From contig NC_091987.1 in NCBI RefSeq assembly GCF_044704955.1, positions 154,194,001 to 154,258,000 on the forward strand: DNA of 64,000 nucleotides, written 5' to 3'. This stretch comes from Pristiophorus japonicus (Eukaryota). Each line of letters begins with the position of its first letter. Position 1 is the first letter of the stretch. The notes under the pieces were generated by a model that did not search any database, had not been told where the DNA came from, and worked only from the letters and a program-made list of their open reading frames with translations. Positions 30,001-41,113 of the stretch are shown one piece after another. A program made the position numbers and the translations under genes.

Positions 30001-32701
30001 CCCCTCCAACACTGCAACGCTCCCTCAGTACTGCCCCTTCGACAGTGCAGTGCTCCCTCAGTATTGCCCCTCTGACAGTGCTGCGCTCCCTCAGTACTGT
30101 CCCTCTGACAGTAGACCATTCCCTCAGTACTGCCCCTCCAACAGTGCGGCGCACCCTCAGTACTGCCCCTCAGACAGTGTGGCACTCCCTCAGTACTGCT
30201 CCTCAGACAGTGCGCCACTCCCTCAGTACTGCCCCTCCGACAGTGCGGCGTTCCCTCAGTAATGCCCCTCCGACAGTGCGGCACTCCCTCAATACTGCCC
30301 CTCCGACAGTGCGGTGCTCCCTCAGTACTGCCCCTCCGACAGTGCAGCACTCCCTCAGTACTGCCCCTCCGACAGTGCGGTGCTCCCTCAGTACTGCCCC
30401 TCCGACAGTGCGGCGCTCCCTCAGTACTGCCCCTCAGACAGTGCGGCACTCCCTCAGTACTGCCCCTCCGACAGTGCGGCGTTCCCTCAGTAATGCACCT
30501 CCGACAGTGCGGCACTCCCTCAGTACTGCCCCTCCGACACTGCGGTGCTCCCTCAGTACTGCCCTTCCGACAGTGCAGCACTCCCTCAGTACTGCCCCTC
30601 CGACAGTGCAGCGCCCCTTTACTACTACCCCTCCAACACTGCAACGCTCCCTCAGTACTGCCCCTCCGACAGTGCGGCGCTCCCTCAGTACTGCTCCTCC
30701 GACAGTGCAGCACTCCCTCAGTACTGCCTCTCCGACAGTGCAGTGCTCCCTCAGTACTGCCCCTCCGACACTGCAGCGCTCCCTCAGTACTGCCCCTCCG
30801 ACAGTGCAGTGCTCCCTCAGTACTGCCCCTCTGACAGTGCTGCGCTCCCTCAGTACTGCCCCTCCAACAGTGCAGCGCTCCCTCAGTACTGCCCCTCCGA
30901 CAGTGCGCCGCTCCCTCAGTACTGTCCCTCAGACAGTGCAGCGCTCCCACAGTACTGCCCCTCCAACACTGCAGCGCTTCCTCAGTACTGCCCCTCCGTC
31001 AGTGCGGCGCTCCCTCAGTACTGCCCCTCCAACACTGCAGCGCTCCCTCAGTACTGCCCCTCCGACAGTGCAGTGCTCCCTCAGTACTGCCCCTCTGACA
31101 GTGCTGCGCTCCCTCAGTACTGCCCCTCCAACAGTGCAGTGCTCCCTCAGTACTGCCCCTCTGACAGTGCTGCGCTCCCTCAGTACTGCCCCTCCGACAG
31201 TGCGCCGCTCCCTCAGTACTGTCCCTCAGACAGTGCAGCGCTCCCACAGTACTGCCCCTCCGACAGTGCAGCAGTCCCTCAGTACTGTCCCTCCGACAGT
31301 ACGATGCTCCCTCAGTCCTGCCCCTCCGACAGTGCGGTGCTCCCTCAGTACTGCCTTTCCGACAGTGCAGCACTCCCTCAGTTCTGCACCTCCGACAGTG
31401 CAGTGCTCCCTCAGTACTGCCCCTCTGACAGTAGGCCATTCCCTCAGTACTGCCCCTCCGACAGTGCGGCGCTCCCTCAGTACTGCCCTTCCGACAGTGC
31501 AGTGCTCCCTCAGTACAGTCCCTCCGACAGTGCAGCACTCCCTCAGTACTGCCCCTCCGGCATTGCAGTGCTCCCTCAATACTGCCTCTCCGACAGTGCA
31601 GTGCTCCCTCAGTACTGCCCCTCTGACGGTGCGGCGCTCACTCAATACTGCCCCTCCGACAGTGCGGGGCTCCCGCATTACTGCCCTTCCGACAGTGCAG
31701 CGCTCCCTCAGTACTGTCCCTCCGACAGTGCTGCGCTCCCTAGGTACTGCCCCTCCGACAGTGCGGCGCTCCCTCAGTACTGCCCCTCCGACAGTGCGGG
31801 GCTCCCTCAGTACTGCCCCTCCGACAGTGCAGTGCTACCTCAGTACTACCCCTCAGACAGTGCGGCGTTCTCTCAGTACTGCCCCTCCGACAGTGCCGCA
31901 CTCCCTCATTCCTGCCCTTCCGACAGTGCAGCAGTCCCTCAGTACTGCCCCTCCGACAGTACGGTGCTCCCTCAGTCCTGCCCCTCCGACAGAGCAGCGC
32001 TCCCTCAGTACTGCCCCTCCGACGGTGCGGTGCTCCCTCAGTACTGCCCCTCTGACAGTGCAGCGCTCCCTCAGTACTGCCCCTCCGACGGTGCGGCGCT
32101 CCCTCAGTACTGCCCCTCCGACAGAGCAGCGCTCCCTCAGTACTGCCCCTCCGACACTTCGGCGCTCCCTCAGTACTGCCTCTCAGACAGTGTGGCGCTC
32201 CCTCAGTACTGCCCCTCCGACAGAGCAGCGCTCCCTCAGTACTGCCTCTCAGACAGTGTGGTGCTCCCTCTCTACTGCCCCTCCGAAAGTGCCGCACTCC
32301 CTCAGTACGGCCCCTCCAGCAGTGCAGCACTCCCTCAGTACTGCCCCTCCGACAGTGCGGGGCTCCCTCAGTACTGCCCCTCCGACAGTGTGGCACTCCC
32401 TCAGTACTGCCCCTTGGACAGTGCGTCGCTCCCTCAGTACTGCCCCTTAGACAGTGCGTCGCTCCCTCAGTACTGCCCCTTAGACAGTGCGGCGCTCCCT
32501 CAGTACTGCCCCTTAGACAGTGCAGCGCTCCCTCAGTACTGCCCCTTAGACAGTGCAGCGCTCCCTCAGTACTGCCCCTTAGACAGTGCAGCGCTCCCTC
32601 AGCACTCATGCTCCGACATTGCGTCGCTCGCTCAGTACTACCCCTCTGACAGTGCAGCACTCCCTCAGTACTGCCCCTCTGACAGTGGGGCACTCCCTCA
32701 G
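1..32701. repeat. 33-bp tandem satellite/minisatellite array (~990 units; runs off the left window edge)
   Basis: Continuous units of consensus CTCCCTCAGTACTGCCCCTCCGACAGTGCRGYR with no spacers; the 11-aa periodicity in the translated frames reflects the 33-bp period. Confidence 0.99.
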
Positions 32702-32949
32702 TGTCATGTATCTTACATTATTATATATAACTGTATCCTAATATGCTATACATGACTCTAATAAGATTTGACCTGTAACCACCAGCATACCTTACCACCA
32801 AGGGTGCACTTGCAAGAGACAGGTATATCAGGACAGGTCTCAGGCAAGTGCAGCATTCCAGAGCTGTGAAATAAAGGTGCAGGTACAGAGTGACCTTGAC
32901 TTCACTACATGCCTCGTGTGAATCTGTACTGAGGGGACAGGACTTTACA
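32702..32949 (+). repeat. 5' LTR (248 bp)
   Basis: TGTCATG...CTTTACA, contains AATAAA; direct repeat of 34774-35002. Confidence 0.95.
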
Positions 32950-32950
32950 G

Positions 32951-32969
32951 TGGCGATGAGGGTGGGATT
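32951..32969 (+). promoter_or_regulatory. Primer binding site, probably tRNA-Ser(GCU)
   Basis: TGGCGATGAGGGTGGGATT 1 nt after the LTR; near-complementary to the vertebrate tRNA-Ser(GCU) 3' end as recalled (...AATCCCAYCCTCGTCG-CCA). Confidence 0.75.
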
Positions 32970-34746
32970 GGGTGCGTTTTGCAACATGTCAATAGTGCGG
33001 GCAAATTACAACCCATAGCTTATGCCTGCAGGTCACTTTCGTGGGCGGAGCGCGGGTACGGAATGGTAGAGAAGGAGGCGCTCGATTGCGTGTACGGTGT
33101 CAAAAAGATGCTCCAATAGCTTTTCGGGGCCAAGTTCGCGTTAGAAACCGACCACAAGCCCCTCACGTCCCTCCTATCCGAGAACAAGGCAATAAACGCC
33201 AACGCCTCGGCGCGAATTCAACGGTGGGCACTCATGCTGGCTATACCATAAGGCACAGACCAGGCACAGACAACTATGCCGACGCGCTCAGCAGGCTACC
33301 CCTGGCGACCACGGAAGGCTCTGACGAACAGGACTGTGAGATAGTCATGGCAATCAATGCCTTTGAGTCCACAGGTTCGCCCATGGCGGCTCGCCAAATC
33401 AGAGCCTGGACGGCCAGCGACCCCACATTATCCTTAGTAAAAAGATGTGTCCTAACCGGTGACTGGGCAGAGGTTCGCGATGCCTGCCCCGAGGAATTAA
33501 AACCTTTCACAGACGCATGCATGAGCTATCACTACAAGCAGACTGCCTGATGTGGGGCAGCCGAGTAGTCATGCCTCTGCGAGGCAGAGAGGCATTTGTC
33601 CGGGAGCTCCAGCGCGAGCACCCGGGGATCGTTCTCATGAAGGCCATAGCCAGATGCCACGTCTGGTGGCCTGGTATTGAAGCGGACTTGGAGCTCTGCG
33701 TCCAAAGGTGCACCATTTGTGCCCAACTCAGCAATGCCCCCAGGGAGGCTCCACTGAGCCCCTGGCCGACCAAACCGTGGTCGCGGGTGCACGTAGACTA
33801 TGCGGGCCTATTCATGGGCAAAATGTTCCTCGTCGTTGTAGATGCATTTTCAAAGTGGATCGAATGCACCATTTTAAACTCGTGCACAACCTCCACCACT
33901 GTGGAGAGCCTCGCAACCATGTTTGCAACGCACGGAATCCCTGACATATTAGTCAGTGACAATGGTCCGTGCTTCACCAGCGCAGAATTCCAAGACTTTA
34001 TAATTCACCACGGCATAAATCACGTCAAGACGGCACCATTCAAGCCAGACTCCAACGGCCAGGTGGAGAGAGCAGTGCAAATCATTAAACAAGGCATGCT
34101 TAAAATCCAAGGTCCCACGCTGCAGGGTCACCTGTCGCGACTGCTGCTGGCATACAGATCTCGTCCGCACTCACTGACTGGGATCCCCCCCGTGCAACTG
34201 TTGATGAAAAGGACTTTAAAAACAAGACTCTCATTAATCCTCCCAGACATGCACGAAATCGTTGAGGCAAAGCGCCGTAAGCTGACTGAGTACCATGACA
34301 GAAATTCGAGGGGGAGATGGAATGAGATAGTGGACAAAGTATTTGTACTAAACTATGGAAGGGGTCCCAAATGGCTTGCAGGTACAGTAATGGGCAAGGA
34401 AGGAAACAGGCTACTGGTAGTACAAATGGACAATGGCAAAACCTGCCGGAGGCATGTAGACCAAGTCAAAAGCAGATTTACCAACAACACTGCGGAACCA
34501 GAGGCAGACCACAATGTGGAACTCACACCACACCTGGTGGACAGACAGAGGGAACAACCTGAGGAAAGGGCAATTCCAACAGACAACCCAGGCAAGTCAA
34601 CAACAATCACACCATTCGAAACAGACAGCCCAGGCGCGATACCAGCAACCACACCCAAAGAAAAACAGACACCAAGGCAAACAACTGAACCACAACTCAG
34701 ACGCTCCACGCGAGAGCGTAGACCACCTGAGAGACTGAACCTATAA
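32964..34746 (+). pseudogene. pol: Gypsy pol remnant: RNase H (stop, frameshifts) plus integrase ORF 33517-34746
   Basis: GIGCVLQ..PIAYACRSLS.AE..Y...EKEAL..TDHKPL RNase H motifs with TAG at ~33117; integrase HPG/CxxC and D-D-E motifs (HVDYAG, SDNG, VER). gag, protease and RT are absent. Confidence 0.92.
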
Positions 34747-34761
34747 AGACAATAAGACCTT

Positions 34762-34773
34762 GGGGGAGGGTGA
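34762..34773 (+). other. Polypurine tract
   Basis: GGGGGAGGGTGA immediately before the 3' LTR. Confidence 0.85.
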
Positions 34774-35002
34774 TGTCATGTATCTTACATTATTATATAT
34801 AAGTGTATCCTCACATGCTATACATGACTGTAATAAGATATGACTGTAACCACCAGCATACCTTGCAAGAGACAGGTATATAAGGACAGGTCTCAGGCAA
34901 GTGCAGCATTCCAGAGCTGTGAAATAAAGGTGCAGGTCCAGAGTGACCTTGACTTCATTACATGCCTCGTGTGAATCTGTACTGAGGAGACAGGACTTTA
35001 CA
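34774..35002 (+). repeat. 3' LTR (229 bp)
   Basis: Matches the 5' LTR with ~9 substitutions, an 18-bp and a 1-bp deletion (counted by eye). Confidence 0.95.
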
Positions 35003-35389
35003 CTCAGTACTGCCCGTTCGACAATGCAGCACTCCCCCAGTACTGGCCCTTGGACAGTGCGGCACTCCCTCAGTACTGACCTTCCGACAGTGCAGCACTC
35101 CCTCAGTACTGCCTACTGCCCCTCTGACAGTGTGGCGCTCCCTCAGTACTGCCTACTGCCCCTCTGACAGTGGGGCACTCCCTCAATACTGCCCCTTCGA
35201 CAGTGCAGCACTCCCCCAGTACTGGCCCTTGGACAGTGCAGCACTCCCTCAGCACTGACCCTCCGACAGTGTGCCGTTCCCTCAGTGCTGCCTCTCCGAC
35301 AGTGCAGCACTTCCTCAGTACTGCCCCTCCGTCAGTGCAGCGCTCCCTCAGTATTGCCCCTCCAACAGTGCGGCACTCCCTCAGTACTG
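35003..35389. repeat. Degenerate terminal block of the 33-bp array (~12 units)
   Basis: Same unit resumes in phase after the TSD; more diverged, with two CTGCCTACTGCC partial duplications. Confidence 0.97.
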
Positions 35390-35507
35390 ACGCGGGGGCG
35401 TGTCAGTCTAGATTATGAGCTCAGCCTCTGGAGTGGGGACTTGAACCCACAACATTCTGACTCAGATGCGAGAGAGAGAGAGCGCTAAACTCAAGTCGCC
35501 ACGGCTG
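35390..35507 (-). mobile_element. tRNA-derived SINE 5' head (resembles shark DeuSINE/SacSINE1-type) leading directly into the array
   Basis: Minus strand reads CAGCCGTGGC..(CT)n CGCATCTGAGTCAGAATGTTGTGGGTTCAAGTCCC..; Pol III B box GGGTTCAAGTCCC at 35436-35448; homologous to 48854-48962. Family name is from recall, not a search. Confidence 0.82.
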
Positions 35508-35753
35508 TGAAGCCGGGACACCCAGCAAAGGGCCTGATGGAGCAACTAATCGTTTCCTGTTTGCCGTTGGTTTTGGCCATCCCTTCCTGATCTCACCTTC
35601 CTTGGCTTGACGTTGCTGAAACACCTTGGACTGTTTCTCGACCTGAACGGTGCGCTCTAAATGCAAGTTGTTGCTGGTTGATAAAAGAAGAGTCGATCAG
35701 ACTTGGTCAAAGACTTCCTGTTTTTATTTTTACATTTAGGAGAGGAACTGAAG

Positions 35754-35799
35754 ATGGAGGTCCTCAGATTGATGCCAATCTTTCTCAACTTGCTGCCAG
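35754..35799 (+). CDS. Siglec-like gene, signal-peptide exon (MEVLRLMPIFLNLLP-G)
   Basis: AAGATGG start context, hydrophobic 15 codons, phase-1 donor CAG|GTACAT that joins the V-set exon in frame (G|GC = Gly, giving ...LLPGALS-EGW). Confidence 0.75.
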
Positions 35800-35924
35800 G
35801 TACATGTTTCTTTCTGAGCTATATTCGGGGCACTGGACTCATTCTCGCCTTTGGATTGAGTGAGGAGCCATTTAATGAAAGGGAACAGATTCAGCCTTCA
35901 CTCATAGGGTGAATATCGGATCAT

Positions 35925-38900
35925 GGAATGAGTATATGTAAGTGTGCGTGAATGCAAGCATAAGTTTGTGTGTGTGTGTACATGAGTGTGTATGACAGCA
36001 TGTGTTTCTATATGTGTGTGTTAATGAGTGAATGTTTGTGTGTGAATCTGTGGGTACACATGAGTGCGTGTGTGCGTGTGTGTGTGTGTGCATGTGTATC
36101 TGTAAGTATGTATCAGTGAGTGTGTGAAAGTGTGAGTGTATAAGTGTGTGTCTATCAGTGTGTGTATATAAGCATGAGTGTATAAGTGTGGGTGTATACG
36201 TGTGTGTGTATGTGTGAATGTATAAATGTGTGTGTATAAGTGAGTGTGTGTATAAGTGTGAGTGTATAAGTGAGTGTGTGTGTGGAAGTATGTGTGTATA
36301 ACTGAGTGTATAAGCGAGAGTGTGAAAGTGTGTGTGATAGTGTGAGTGTATAAGTGAATGTTTATAAGTATGTGTGTATAAGTGTGAGTGTGTGAGTGAA
36401 GTTGTGAGTGTATAAGTATGTGCGTGTGTATAAGTGAGTGTGTGAAAGTGTGAGTCATACTCACACACGTATACACACTCACTTATACACACTCACTTAT
36501 ACACACTCACTTATACACACACACTCACACTTATACACACGGTCACTTATACACACAACTTATACACACGCTCACTTATACACACTCACTTATACACACT
36601 CATTTTTACACTTACACTTATACATATGCTCACTTATACACACGTTTACACACACTCGCTTATACACATTCACTTATACGCATACACTTATACACACAGA
36701 CTCAATTATACATGCACACTGATACACACACAATTATAAACACTCATTTATACAATCACACTTTCACACACTCACTTATACACATACATTCACAAACTTA
36801 CTTATACACTCGCACTTTCACACACATACTCACTTATACACACTCACTTATACACTCACACTTATACTGTGTGTGTATAAGTGTGTGTGTATAAGTGTGT
36901 GTATGTGAGTGTATAAATGAGTGTGTGCATGAAAGTGTGAGTGGTTAAGTGAGTGTGTGAAAGCGTGAGTGTATAAGTGAGTGTGACAAATGTGAAGGTA
37001 TCAGTGAGTGTGTGAAAGTGTGAGTGCATAATTGGGTGTGTATGTGTGACTGTATAAGTATGAGTGAATAAATGTGTGTTTATAAATGAGTCTGTATAAG
37101 TGAGTGAGTGTGTATAACTGTGTGTTTGTGTGTGTGTATAAGTGTGAGTGTATATGTTTGAGTGTATAAGTGTGTGTGTATAAGTGAGCGTATAAGTGAG
37201 TGTGTGTGTATAAGTGTGAGTATAAGTGAGCATGTGTATAAGTGTGAGTGTGTGCGTATAATTGAATGTGTAAACGTGTGTATAAGTGTCTCTGTATAAG
37301 TCAGTGTGTATAAGTGAGCGTGTATGTATAAGTGTGTGTGTACGTGAGTGTGTGTGTGTATTAGTGTGTGTGCATAACTGTGTGCATAATTGTGAGTGTA
37401 TAAGTGTGAGTGTATAAGTGAGTGCGTGAATGTATAGTTGAGTGTGTGTGTGTGTGAAAGTGTGAGTGTGTGTGTGTATAAGTGTGTGTATAAGTGTGTA
37501 TACGTGAGTGTGTGTGTATTAGTGTGTGTGCATAACTGTGTGCATAATTGTGAGTGTATAAGTGTGAGTGTATAAGTGAGTGTGTGTGTGGAAATGTGAG
37601 TGTATAAGTGAGTGTGTGTGTATTAGTGTGTGTGCATAACTGTGTGCATAATAGTGAGTGTATAAGTGTGAGTGTATCAGTGTGAGTGTGTAAGTGAGTG
37701 AGTGAATAAGTGTGAGTGAATAAGTGTGAGTGTATAAGTGAATGTGTATAAGTGAGTGTGTATAAGTGTGTGTGTATCTGAGTGAATAAATGAGTGTGTG
37801 CATGAAAGTGTGAGTGGTTAAGTAAGTGTGTGAAAGCGTGAATGTATAAGTGAGTGCGTGAAAGTGTGAGTGTATAATTGAGTGTGTATGTGTGACTGTA
37901 TAAGTATGTGTGTATATAAATGAGTGTGTATAAGTGAGTGAGTGTGTATAAGTGTGTGTATGTGTGAGTGTATGTGTGTGTGTAAAAGTGAGTGTGTATA
38001 ATTGTGAGTGTATAAGTGAGTGTGTATGTATAAGTGTGAGTATGTGGGAGTGTATAAGTAAGCATGTGCATAAATGTGTGTGTATAAGTGAGCATGTGTA
38101 TAAATATAAGTGTATAAATGTGAGTGTATAAGTGTGTGCATATAATTGAGTATGTATAAGTGTGTGTATGTGTCTCTGTATAAGTCAGTGTGTATAAGTG
38201 AGCGTATGTGTATAAGTATGAGTATAAGTGTGAGTGTATAAGTGAGTGTGTGTGAAAGTGTGAGCGTATAAGTGTGTGTGTGTATAAATGAGTGTGTATA
38301 AGTGAGCGTGTGTAAGTGTATATGTATAAGTCAATGTATATATGTGTGCGTGTGTATAAGTGAGTGTGTATAGGCGAGTGTGTATAAGTGAGTGTGTATA
38401 AGTGAGTGTGTGTGCACATAAGTGTGAGTACAAGTGAGCATGTGTATAAGTGTGAGTATATAAGTGTGTCTCTATAAGTGTGTATAAGTTTGTGTATAAG
38501 TGTGTGTGTTTCAGTGTATGCATATAAGTGAGTGTGTATATATGTGTGTGTGCATAAGTGTGTGCATAAATATGAGTGTATAAGTGAGCGTGTATAAGTG
38601 AGTGAGTGTGTGGAAGTGTGAGTATATAAGTGAGTGTGTGTGTGGAAGTGTGAGTGTGTATAAGTGAGTATGTGTGTCTAAGTGTGTGTATGTGTGAATG
38701 TATAAGTGAGTGTGTATAAGCGTGTGAGCATAAGTGCGTGTGTATTAGTGGGTGTGCATAAGTGAGTGTGTATAAATGAGTGAGTGTGTGTGTATAAGTG
38801 TGAGTGTATAAGAATGTTTGTATGTGAGTGTGTATAAGTGAGTGTGTATAAGTGTGAGTGTATAACTGTGTGTGCATAAGTGTGTGTATATTAGTGGGTG

Positions 38901-38988
38901 TGCATACGTGAGTCTGTATGTAAAAGAGCATGTGAATAAGTGTGTGTGTATAAGTGTGAGTGATTATATGTGAGTGTGTGAAATTGTG
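35925..38988. repeat. Complex GT-rich simple satellite (GTGTATAAGT/GTGA variants), left part
   Basis: Low-complexity (GT)n/TATAAG repeats; 36456-36867 is in the opposite orientation. Confidence 0.97.
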
Positions 38989-41113
38989 AGAAACATAGAA
39001 ACATAGAACAATAGGTGCAGGAGTAGGTCATTCGGCCCTTCGAGCCTGCACCGCCTTTCAATAAGATCATGGCTGATCATTCCTTCAGTACCCTTTTCCT
39101 GCTTTCTCTCCATACCCCTTGATCACCTTAACCGTAAGGGCCATATCTAACTCCCTCTTGAATATAGCCAGTGAACTGACATCAACAACTCTCTGCGGCA
39201 GGGAATTCCACAGGTTAACAACTCTCTGAGTGAAGAAGTTTCTCCTCATCTCGGTCCTAAATGGCCTACCCCTTATCCTAAGACTATGTTCCCTGGTTCT
39301 GGACTTCCCCAACATTGAGAACATTCTTCCCGCATCTGACCTGTCCAGTCCCGTCAGAATCTTATACGTTTCTATGTGATCCCCTCTCATCCTTCTAAAC
39401 TCCAGTGTATAAAGGCCCAGTTGATCCAGTCTCTCCTCATATGACAGTCCAGCCATCCCGGGAATCAGTCTGGTGAACCTTCGCTGCACTCCCTCAATAG
39501 CAAGAACGTCCTTCCTCAGACTAGGAGACCAAAACTGAACACAATATTCCAGGTGAGGCCTCACTAAGATCCTGTACAACTGCAGTAAGACCTCCCTGCT
39601 TCTATATTCAAATCCCCTAGCTATGAAGGCCAACATATCATTTGCCTTCTTTACTGCCTGCTGTACCTGCGTGCCCCCTTTCAGTGACTGATGAACCATG
39701 ACACCAGGTCTCGTTGCACCTCCCCTTTTCCTAGTCTGCCGCCATTCAGATAATATTCTGCCTTCGTGGTTTTGCCCCCAAAATGGATAACCTCACATTT
39801 ATCCACATTATACTGCATCTGCCATGCATTTGCCCACTCATCTAACCTGTTCAAGTCACCCTGCAGCCTCTTAGCTTCCTCCTCACAGCTCACACCGCCA
39901 CCCAGTTGAGTGTCATCTGCAAACTTGGAGATATTACACTCAATTCCTTCATCCAAATCGTTAATGTATATTGTAAAGAGCTGGAGTCCCAACACTGAGC
40001 CCTGCGGCACTCCACTAGTCACTGTCTGCCATTCTGAAAAGTACCCGTTTATCCCAACTCTCTGCTTCCTGTCTGCCAACCAGTTCTCTATCCACGTCAG
40101 TACATTACCTCCAATACCATGTGCTTTGATTTTGCACAACAATCTCTTGTGCGGGACCTTGTCAAAAGCCTTTTGAAAGTCCAAATACACCACATCCACT
40201 GGTTCTCCCTTGTCCACTCTGCTAGTTACATCCTCAAAAAATTCCAGAAGATTCGTCAAGCATGATTTCCCTTTCATAAATCCATGCTGACTTGATACGA
40301 TCCTGTCACCGCTTTCCAAATGTGCTGCTATTTCGTCCTTCATGATTGATTCCAACATTTTCCCCACTACTAATGTCAGGCTAACCGGTCTATAATTCCC
40401 CGTTTTCTCTCTCCCTCCTTTTTTAAAAAGTGGTGTTACATTAGCTACTCTCCAGTCCATAGGAACTGATCCAGAGTCGATAGACTGTTGGAAAATGATC
40501 ACCAATGCATCCACTATTTCTAGGGTCACTTCCTTGAGCACTCTGGGATGCAGACTATCAGGCCCCCGGGATTTATCGGCCTTCAATCCCATCAATTTCC
40601 CTAACACAATTTCCCGCCTAATAAGGATATCCTTCAGTTCCTTCTTCTCACTGGACCCACTGTCCCCTAGTACCTTCGGAAGGTTATTTGTATCTTCCTT
40701 CGTGAAGACAGAACCAAAGTATTTTGTTCAATTAGTCTGCCATTTCTTTGTTCCCCATTATAATTTCACCTGAATCTGACTGCAAGGGACCTACATTTGT
40801 CTTTACTAATCTTTTTCTCTTCACATATTTGTAGAAGCTTTTGCAGTCAGTTTTTATATTCCCTGCAAGTTTCCTCTCGTACTCTATTTTCCCCCTCTTA
40901 ATTAAACCCTTTGTCCTCCTCTGCTGTATTACAAATTTCTCCCAGTCCTCAGGTTTGTTGCTTTTTCTAGCCAATTTATATGCCTCTTCCTCGGCTTTAA
41001 CACTATCCTTAATTTCCTTTGTTAGCCACCTTCCCTGTTTTATTTTTACTCCAGACAGGGATGTACATTTGCTAAAGTTCATCCACGTGATCTTTAAATG
41101 TTTGCCATTGCTT
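38989..41113 (-). mobile_element. 5'-truncated CR1 LINE, frameshifted ORF2
   Basis: RT motifs (NYRPVSLT, GVPQGSVLG, FADD) split over three frames; (TTCTATGT)n tail at 38989-39010. Confidence 0.95.

Larger units (their letters stand above)
32702..35002 (+). mobile_element. Internally deleted Ty3/Gypsy LTR retrotransposon
   Basis: Two direct TG...CA LTRs, PBS, RNase H and integrase remnants, PPT; 5-bp TSD CTCAG at 32697-32701 and 35003-35007. Confidence 0.96.

Noticed and set aside
1-32701. CRISPR array
   Set aside because: Head-to-tail units with no unique spacers, no cas genes, and a vertebrate intron/LINE context.
1-32755. Very long mucin-like (STAPPTVRRSL)n, (LPQYCPSDSAA)n and (HCRRGSTEGAL)n ORFs
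   Set aside because: A 33-bp unit without stops is open in several frames on both strands. Frameshifting indels and stops are tolerated and duplicated, variation follows CpG decay rather than codon position, and no unique flanking protein domains are present.
33517-34746. Domesticated integrase gene
   Set aside because: Still within LTRs and TSD, the first His of the HHCC motif appears altered, and upstream pol is broken; no sign of selection is visible.
35390-35507. Functional tRNA gene
   Set aside because: Only a B box and a disrupted A-box region are present; there is no full cloverleaf, and it continues into SINE body sequence.
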